In this document: positions 9,212-16,400 of the stretch, piece after piece | Layout of the letters: the number at the start of each line of letters is the position of its first letter | Numbering within the stretch: position 1 is the stretch's first letter | From: Eubacteriales bacterium | Lineage (GTDB): Bacteria; Bacillota; Clostridia; Oscillospirales; CAG-272 | Assembly (NCBI GenBank): GCA_045629725.1 | Contig: JAZQRT010000002.1 | Location: 1-48,802 of the forward strand | Direction of reading: 5' to 3' | Length of the DNA stretch: 48,802 nt | Notes under the pieces: model-generated | What the model was told of the DNA's origin: nothing | Database searches by the model: none | Seen by the model: only the letters and a program-made list of their open reading frames with translations | Translations under genes and position numbers: made by a program

Positions 9212-9256
9212 AAAAACCACCCCAAGCTTTGTTTTCAAGGCTTGAGGTGGTTTTTT
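9212..9256. terminator. Bidirectional intrinsic terminator (hairpin element copy 2)
   Basis: 15-bp stem ccaccccaagctttg (9217-9231) / caaggcttgaggtgg (9236-9250), loop tttt, flanked by A5 (9212-9216) and T6 (9251-9256). It sits between convergent stops at 9191 and 9258. Confidence 0.8.
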
Positions 9257-9257
9257 C

Positions 9258-10778
9258 TTATTTGTTCTGCAAAAGTATGAGTTCAGAGAACTGATAGAGG
9301 TCACGGTCGTTGAAGTTGTCGGTTACAGTCATTTTATAATATTTATATGCAGTGGGATTTTCAACTGTAAACACGTCGGAAACCGTGAAAAGCTCCTTGG
9401 GGAGATTTCCGCCTTTTATGTCGGAAATGACCGTCCACTCGTCATCTTCACTGTTTCTACCGTAAATTATCCATGCGTCGGGGTTACGGCTTAGGTGATC
9501 GTTCGCGGTAGAAATTGCGTAGGCATCGACACGGACAGATTCCGTCATAGCCCAAGTAACAGTAACGGAGCCATCGGCGGAGGTTGGACGTACGCACCAC
9601 TTGGTGTTGACTTTATCGTCAAAAATAAGCTGAACGCGGTTGGATTCCTTCATACCCACGTCGCCGTCAACAGTTGACTGGTCGATCTTGTCATAAAGCT
9701 TTATATAATTTTCAAGAGGATCCTTTTCCTTTGGAAGCTCGGGAGCGGTACCGTAATAGCATACCTGTGCTTTAATTGTGCGGTCAAAATGTTGTTTAAC
9801 TCCGTCAACGGTTGCATCGCTATCTGTGATTATGTATTGGCTGTAGGCGTCCTTTTGGGTTATAACAAGCTCACGGAAGCCCCAGAAGGATTCTGCCGCT
9901 GAGTCCTTAAAGTATGCAAAATTACCCGTTTGAGCAAGAGTTTTGTTTCCCCAAGCCTCTCCAAGCTCAATAATGGCGGTTTTGTGGGTATGACCTGAGA
10001 AAAGACCTTTGATTCTGTCGTTTTCCTTTACAAGCTTTTTGAAAGCGGCGCTTTCGTTTGATGTGTCAAAATGGTGGGCAATAAGATAAACGTCGCGGTT
10101 GGGGTATTTTTCCATAAGTCCGTTTATGTAATCAACGTCCGACATTGTATATACTCCGTCATGATTGTATTTAGGATCAAGACTACCGGAAAAATTATCA
10201 AGAAAAATAAAGAGTCTGCCGCCGACTTCCATATAACCCTCTCTGTGATTTCCCGTGATCTCAAGCCAGTCGCTGTCGGAATATTGCTCGTGATTTCCCG
10301 GAATAATAAAATAGGGAAGATCATCGGGGAGCTGGGAGAGATATTCGTCAACAAATATCTTTGCAGTACCCTTGCCTTTTGTAATAACCGAACCGCCATT
10401 TATCCAATAGTCCAAAGAGATATCTCCGTTTATAACGAGAAGATCAAAAGGATTTTCCTTGTGTTCCTTCAAAACTGCATCCACCCAGTGTTGCATACGG
10501 ATACGGTAAGCGGTTCCATACCACTCCTGAAGATCGGTGCAGTGTATATCGGATGAAATGAGAACCCTCAAATCAGCAAGTACGGGCTCTGTTGGAATGG
10601 GAGTCTCGGTTGGCAGGGGAGCTTCGGTATCTGTTGGAGTAATTTCTTCTGTAGTTTTTGTGCTTGTTGGTGAGGGAGAAGCACTTTGCTCTGGAGTGAT
10701 CTCACTTACTGTACAAGCAGTTAATAAAGCAGCTGCGGTCAACATCATGATAAATACTATTTTGAACTTGTTTTTCAA
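9258..10778 (-). CDS. Lipoprotein metallophosphoesterase (calcineurin-like) with C-terminal F5/8-type-C (discoidin/CBM32-like) module
   Basis: I call a TTG start at 10778 behind AAAGGAGAG; the track's longer N-terminus runs into the upstream terminator. Lipobox LLTAC followed by a P/T/E linker. Phosphoesterase motifs: SSDIHC, INGDISLD, PGNHE, AHH, GHTH. The C-terminus has LIFDDKVNTKW...ANDHLSRNPDAWIIYGRNSEDDEW...YKYYKM...QFSEL. Confidence 0.75.
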   Translation of the reverse strand: MKNKFKIVFIMMLTAAALLTACTVSEITPEQSASPSPTSTKTTEEITPTDTEAPLPTETPIPTEPVLADLRVLISSDIHCTDLQEWYGTAYRIRMQHWVDAVLKEHKENPFDLLVINGDISLDYWINGGSVITKGKGTAKIFVDEYLSQLPDDLPYFIIPGNHEQYSDSDWLEITGNHREGYMEVGGRLFIFLDNFSGSLDPKYNHDGVYTMSDVDYINGLMEKYPNRDVYLIAHHFDTSNESAAFKKLVKENDRIKGLFSGHTHKTAIIELGEAWGNKTLAQTGNFAYFKDSAAESFWGFRELVITQKDAYSQYIITDSDATVDGVKQHFDRTIKAQVCYYGTAPELPKEKDPLENYIKLYDKIDQSTVDGDVGMKESNRVQLIFDDKVNTKWCVRPTSADGSVTVTWAMTESVRVDAYAISTANDHLSRNPDAWIIYGRNSEDDEWTVISDIKGGNLPKELFTVSDVFTVENPTAYKYYKMTVTDNFNDRDLYQFSELILLQNK

Positions 10779-10893
10779 TTCAAATCTCTCCTTTAAGAAA
10801 AATACTTTCAACAATATAATACTATATTTTTTTATAAAAGTCAATATATTGCAATAAAACGGGATGTCAAGCAGGGAAGTACTTATTGTAGAC

Positions 10894-10924
10894 AAAAAAC
10901 AAGACCCGCACGATGCGAGTCTTG
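10894..10924 (-). terminator. Intrinsic terminator of the GH38-like gene
   Basis: Stem caagacccgca (10900-10910) / tgcgagtcttg (10914-10924) with one mismatch. A6 at 10894-10899 gives a T-run on the minus strand. Confidence 0.7.
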
Positions 10925-10941
10925 TAAATCAGTATAGCTTA

Positions 10942-13281
10942 TTACTTTTTAAATGAAGCAAAACCGAGAAGACCGATGGACGCTTCTTTTGCACTCTCCA
11001 ATGCGGCGCACGGGTCAGTTTCGTTGGTGCTCAGCAGAGAATACCGATATTGACCAAATCCGCCCAGAGACACCTTGAAGTTGGTTTCCCAAAAGTTGTT
11101 CATCACCCATGCGTAGACCTCGTCAAGATTGTTCACGCCTGCCGTACCGGAAAGTGACGGCTGAAGCTTTTCAAGTGAACCCATGGTAATCAGCGGTGTG
11201 TCGGGTGTTGCCACGATCACAGAGCCCCTCCGAGAGCAGAACGCCATACCGCTTTGCAGTGCGTAGAAATCGGCACAGCTTTTTGGAAGCTGGTCAATAC
11301 GGGGACGCAGTACAGCACCGGTTTTTTCCACGTAAAAGGTTTCGTTTTCCCCAGCGGTAAAGGGTAGGGCGAGATAGAGATTTTCAGGTTCCCAAACGCT
11401 GTTTTTGTGCAAGATCAGATCCACGTCAATCCGCGGGTGATGCTTATAGATCGAATACACAACTCGGCAGAGTGAGCATCCTTCCAGCTCGTAAGCAAGG
11501 CTGACCTTCGTTCTGATAGGTCCGTTTTCCACAAGGTCGATGGAGCGAAGGATTCCTTCGTGGCGCTTTGTGTCCGCACACTTGCGGCAAAGCCCCATTG
11601 CTCCGCGTACACCGCAGGGACCGCGCTCACCCATGGGCGTCACCTCATAAATCGGCATAAAGGGAGGATGACTTGCATCATTTCTCACAAGCTCCGCCTT
11701 TTTCTTTTTGTCAAAAATCGAAACAAGCCCTTTGCCCTCCTTGAAACAAACGGTGAAAAACTCGCTTTCAATGGCGTTTAATGAGGGTGCTTCGATTTTG
11801 CTTTGATTTGTACTTTCACGGTCAACAAGAAGATATTCTGCACATTCTGCGGGTGCTAAATCAACGTCAAACAGTAAAACAGGACCTCGTGCATAACAGC
11901 TGATCTGATAGGGGATTTTTTCATCGCTTCCTGCTCGGTAAAGATCAAAGCAAGTGTGTTTGAAAAAGCCCTTGAGCGCGATCTCTGCTGTACCGAAGAA
12001 CCTTCTGTTGCAAGGATTGATCACCTTTAGGGAAAAGTCCTTGCTAAAGGAAACGGGTGTTTCGCCCATGGCGAAGGTATATTGATCCAGTGCTCTGCTG
12101 ACCGATTCGTTGGCGCGGCAGGCGTACAGCATTTTACGTTTATCCAAGCCGTTGACGTAAGGATTCCAAGGCTCTGATACCGATGAGCAAAAGCCCCACG
12201 TGTGCTCTGCATAAAAGGTCAGATCTTCTGAGGCACTGTCTATAAGCTCCTTGGAAACGTATTTGTAATGGGGGTCGAGGGTGCGCAGAACGCTCATTTT
12301 ACGCTGTGCTTCACGATAATGCTGTACGTCATAGGGCGTGGAGCCTATTCCGTCCGCCCACCAGTCTGTCCAGTCTCCCTCGTAGATCGGTAAATCCACC
12401 CCAGAGGCTTCTACTGCATCAAAAAATTCATCCAATGTTGCCATTTTCAAAAGAATCTCATCGCCATGCTTCTCATTATAAATCTGACAGAACTGAGCGA
12501 TCGAGGCGTTGGGCGCACCGTTGTCGGTCATCATGCCCGAAACGTTCACCGGCACGAAATTAAAGGAGTATCCTTCGTCTTTCAGCTTGTTTTTGTAGTT
12601 TTCAAGTCGTAGTTCCGCGCGCTTAAAAGGATCCGGCTCCGCTTGGTCAAGTCCGTCGCGGATCACGTATTCAAAGGACTGCTGACGTGCGATGCCGAGC
12701 TCGTTGCCCAGGTGGTAGTGCTCTCCGATCCAAGCAAGCACGAGATTGCCCTTAGGCGAGCGCCACCGAAATGCCGTCTGACGCCGCTCCAAAGGATGGC
12801 GGCCGTGGTGTGCGTGGATCGCCGAGAGGATGCGCGTGATACCGTGATCGTAAAGAGCGTCGGCAAATCCCCAGCCGTAGCCGTTGATATCGCAGGTAAG
12901 AGCCGAGCGCATCGAAATGCCGTATGTTGCCATTTCCTTCCGATTTCTTGCCATCATCTCTTTGAGTGTGTCGTTATCGATCAAATCGTTAAAATTCAAA
13001 TAACTTCCCGATAGTCCGATATCGCCTCTTTGAACGTAGCGTATAAAATCGGCACGGTATGAGTCATCGGCACTTTTTAAAAAGCACTCCACACACCAAT
13101 AGCTTTCGCAGTTCCATTTGAAGCCCTGCCACTGGTTTTTTCCCGCTTCCGCCGCGCGCAGAATATCGATCGCTTCCTTAATATATTCCACATGATAGCT
13201 TTCAATCTTTTCCTGATAGTCGGTGTACCCGATGTCGGTGTGGCTGTTGTGAAGAATGTAATAGACGAACGGTTTTCCCAA
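10942..13281 (-). CDS. GH38-like alpha-mannosidase family protein, cytoplasmic (no signal peptide)
   Basis: TTG start behind AAGGAGGG. The N-terminal metal-site motif YYILHNSHTDIGYTD matches the GH38 N-domain H-x-S-H-x-D pattern. Size is 779 aa. The neighbouring gene is a GH92. The family call is from memory of the motif only. Confidence 0.55.
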   Translation of the reverse strand: MGKPFVYYILHNSHTDIGYTDYQEKIESYHVEYIKEAIDILRAAEAGKNQWQGFKWNCESYWCVECFLKSADDSYRADFIRYVQRGDIGLSGSYLNFNDLIDNDTLKEMMARNRKEMATYGISMRSALTCDINGYGWGFADALYDHGITRILSAIHAHHGRHPLERRQTAFRWRSPKGNLVLAWIGEHYHLGNELGIARQQSFEYVIRDGLDQAEPDPFKRAELRLENYKNKLKDEGYSFNFVPVNVSGMMTDNGAPNASIAQFCQIYNEKHGDEILLKMATLDEFFDAVEASGVDLPIYEGDWTDWWADGIGSTPYDVQHYREAQRKMSVLRTLDPHYKYVSKELIDSASEDLTFYAEHTWGFCSSVSEPWNPYVNGLDKRKMLYACRANESVSRALDQYTFAMGETPVSFSKDFSLKVINPCNRRFFGTAEIALKGFFKHTCFDLYRAGSDEKIPYQISCYARGPVLLFDVDLAPAECAEYLLVDRESTNQSKIEAPSLNAIESEFFTVCFKEGKGLVSIFDKKKKAELVRNDASHPPFMPIYEVTPMGERGPCGVRGAMGLCRKCADTKRHEGILRSIDLVENGPIRTKVSLAYELEGCSLCRVVYSIYKHHPRIDVDLILHKNSVWEPENLYLALPFTAGENETFYVEKTGAVLRPRIDQLPKSCADFYALQSGMAFCSRRGSVIVATPDTPLITMGSLEKLQPSLSGTAGVNNLDEVYAWVMNNFWETNFKVSLGGFGQYRYSLLSTNETDPCAALESAKEASIGLLGFASFKK

Positions 13282-13343
13282 GGTATATCCCTCCTTTTTT
13301 GACAGTATATCACAAAAAATGTAGGAATGTCAATTGCTGTCGC

Positions 13344-13386
13344 AAAAAAACGCCCGCTCTTGCTTGCGCTTGAGGGGCGTTTTTTA
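13344..13386. terminator. GC-rich bidirectional terminator downstream of the GH92 gene
   Basis: A7 (13344-13350), then interrupted stem cgcccgctcttgc/gcttgaggggcg (13351-13379), then T-run (13380-13385). Confidence 0.65.
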
Positions 13387-13395
13387 CTGAATTGA

Positions 13396-13425
13396 CAAGA
13401 CTCGCAAAGGCGAGTCTTGTTTTTA
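13396..13425 (+). terminator. Second hairpin with a plus-strand T-run
   Basis: Perfect 10-bp stem caagactcgc (13396-13405) / gcgagtcttg (13410-13419) followed by ttttt. The stem sequence is almost the same as the 10900-10924 hairpin. Confidence 0.5.
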
Positions 13426-13444
13426 TTATACTTTCAGATCAGAA

Positions 13445-16400
13445 TTATTTCTGAGGAATAATCTTTTTTCTGAAAATAAGGAATATGATCGCAAGAGCGA
13501 GCACAACTGCTACAACGATGAACAATACCGTCATATCTCCGGTTACAGGAGGCTTTTCGGGTGTTTCATCGGGCGTAACCTCGGGTGTCTCATCGGGTGT
13601 CACCTCAGGAGTTTCATCGGGGATCTCGTCAAGATCTGTACCCTCTGCACCTATAAATTCAACCTCGGCAAGATTTGTGCCGCCTTTAAGCGTAAGCTTA
13701 TAATAGCGGTAATTTCCTCTCATATCCTCGGGGATTTGGAAGGGCGTGATGAGCTTATCGAAGATGAAGGAGATTTCATTGTTCTCGTATACGGAGATCC
13801 AATTTTCACCATCATTTGAAACCTCAACCGTAAGACCTGTAGGTGCCTTATCCTTGTTGTAGGAAGTAAGTGTAACGATGGATACATTTGCGCTTCCCGA
13901 ATCAAATACGATGCTGTCGCCGTCCTTGATTTCAGTGTAGGTAAGTGAGTTGTTGTCAAAGAGCTTGTTGAAGTTTTCAATTTCAGTTGTTACGTTGTTC
14001 TTTGTTGAAAGGTCTTCAATACCTGCGCTCGTTGTATCGCCTGTTGTAAGGGAAGTGGGCTTTTCTGAATTGTTGCCCCAATCTGAAGGCTTTGAACCCA
14101 TTTCGAATTCGATTGTGCATCCGCCTGTAAGAAGCTCATGAGTGAGGAACATTTTGTTGTATTCCTCTCCGTTTACCTTAGCAGACTGAATGTAGATGTT
14201 TTCATCGGAATTGTTATTTGCTACGATAACAACATCCTTTCCGTTTTCAAGATGTATGGTAACCTTATCAAAGAGAGGTGATCCGATAACGTATTCGCCG
14301 GAGCCTACGCTGTAGGGATAGAATCCAAGAGCGTTGAATACGTACCAAGCGGACATTTCACCGTTGTCCTCGTCACCGGGATAACCCTGACCTATCTCAG
14401 AACCAACGTAAACATGGCGGAGAACTTCTCTTGTGTATTCCTGAACCTTGTAGGGGGTTGAGGAGAATGCGTATGTGTAGATTACATGGTGAGCGGGCTG
14501 GTTATTGTGCATGTACTGACCCATTTTTACTTCCTTGAACTCACTGATCTCGTGGTGTACGGAAGAAAGCTCAACAACGTTCTTCATAGCCGCGATGCTG
14601 TCGTCAAAGAGTTTATCAAGCTTTGCGGCAAGTGCTTCTTCACCGCCGTAAAGATTTATCATTCCCTGACCGTCGAATACTGCGGGGAATGCGTTTACCC
14701 AACCAACGGATTCGGTGAAGTCATATTTATCACCGTTCCACTGTGCGGGATTAAATCCATCGGCTCTGCTTGACCATACGCCGGATGAGGATTTACCCAT
14801 AAAGAAGTCAGCTTCCTCGTGGAAGAGAAGCACGTACTTCATACATCTTGTAAGATAGTATTCTGCTTCAGCTTCAAGACCCATAGCCTCAGCCATTCTG
14901 TAAAGACCGTAGTCGTTGATATATCCTTCAATAGAGCTTGAATAAGCCTCTTGAACGAAATCGCCTGTAACGGGATTATCGTTGGCAATATATCCAACGT
15001 AGGGTGCGAAGTTGTTTTCTTTTCTTCCGCCTGATGCCATATTCGATGAGTAGGAGGAAGCACTTCGGATCATGGATTCCCATGCGGCTTTATAATTAAA
15101 TGTGATACCCTTGATATAAGCATCTGCGAATATGATATCACTGGAGGTACCTACCATGCAGTTTACAGCACCGGGACCGAGCCATCTGGGCATCCAGCCA
15201 GAGTCAATATAGTGCTGAACCATACCGTTGAGGTAATCCGTATCGCGAGTGGGAGTGAAGAGTGCATATCCTGACCAAGCAGTACGGTAAGTATCCCAGA
15301 AGCCGTTGTTGGTGTACATTATGCCGTCGGTCTTGATGCCGTTCTTATAAGGAGATGCGTGAACCCACTTAACGTCTTCATTGGTTCCTTCGTTTTCAGC
15401 AAAGAGGCTGGGGAATGCGTACATTCTGTAGAGAGATGAATAGAAAGAAGTGAGTTCTGTATAGCTTGCGCCTTCGATCTCAAATATACCGCAAAGATCA
15501 TCCCATTCCTTCTGTGCTTTGTTGAAGATGGAATCGAAATTATCGTTGTCTGTAATTTCAAGGTCAAGGTTATGCTCTGCCTGAGCGTAACTGATGAAGG
15601 ATGTTGCAAGCTTCATCGTTACAACCGTTGTTCCGTCTGCAAAGGATACGATACCTTGCTTGGAGCTTACTACTGAAGCATCAGCAGGTGTCTGATCGAA
15701 CTCGCCGTATACGTACATTGCAGGTGAGCCGTGATTTGTTTTTGCAGTAAAGGTTTTCTTATCCTCGGAGAATTTAAGTGTGCCCGAGCCCCAGAGACTG
15801 TCGAAAATAACGTTAACGTTATCTGAGCCCTTAGGGAACGTAAACTTGACGTATGCTCCATGGAGTGTGGGTGTAACCTCAATAGTAACTCCGGAAGCGG
15901 CACTGCCGTCGGCAAGCGTTACGCTGTAATGATGAGCGTTTGCTTTTTCATTCATATGAGTGAATGCGGCTTCACGGTTAGAGGATGAGATATCTGCTGA
16001 TTTAACGCCGGAGGTTCCTGCGCTTGTGTCAACGCTTGTGTTAGCCATGAACTGGAAGGAGCCGTAGCTGCCGATCCAGAAGTTGGGAGCGTGAATAATA
16101 CTGATACTGTCAATGGGATTACCCTTTCCGGATTGCTGATATGTGTAGGGAAGTGTTGCAGAATCAGCATTTGTTACAGGAGTAAAGAAATTGAATCCGC
16201 CGGGGAGAGTAACACCGGGTGTGCACATTCCGCGTGAGAATGCGATATCGTTGTTTGTTCCGCGGAGAATATTGATATAATCGGAAAGATGCTCGTAAAC
16301 GACCTCTGCCTTATCCTCAATCTTAAGATCGTCAAAGAATGTAATGAACTTGGAAGCATCCTCAGCTTCTTCCATGTCAAAGTATACGCAGATCTTTTCA

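Noticed and set aside
10779-10895. N-terminal extensions offered by the ORF track. Examples: 9258-10895, 26263-26382 for citD, 27451-27525 for citF, 5713-5757, 30393-30419, 36950-36982, 42420-42461, 40937-40957, 46183-46203 and 25200-25211.
   Set aside because: In each case an internal ATG/GTG/TTG is preceded by a GGAGG-type RBS at 5-9 nt and gives a product matching the family's usual N-terminus. The extension lacks an RBS, overlaps a terminator or promoter, or encodes AT-rich nonsense.
13553-13621. Short direct repeats that could superficially suggest a CRISPR or VNTR locus.
   Set aside because: They are in-frame 24-nt units encoding a PDETPEVT stalk inside a CDS, with no spacers and no cas genes.
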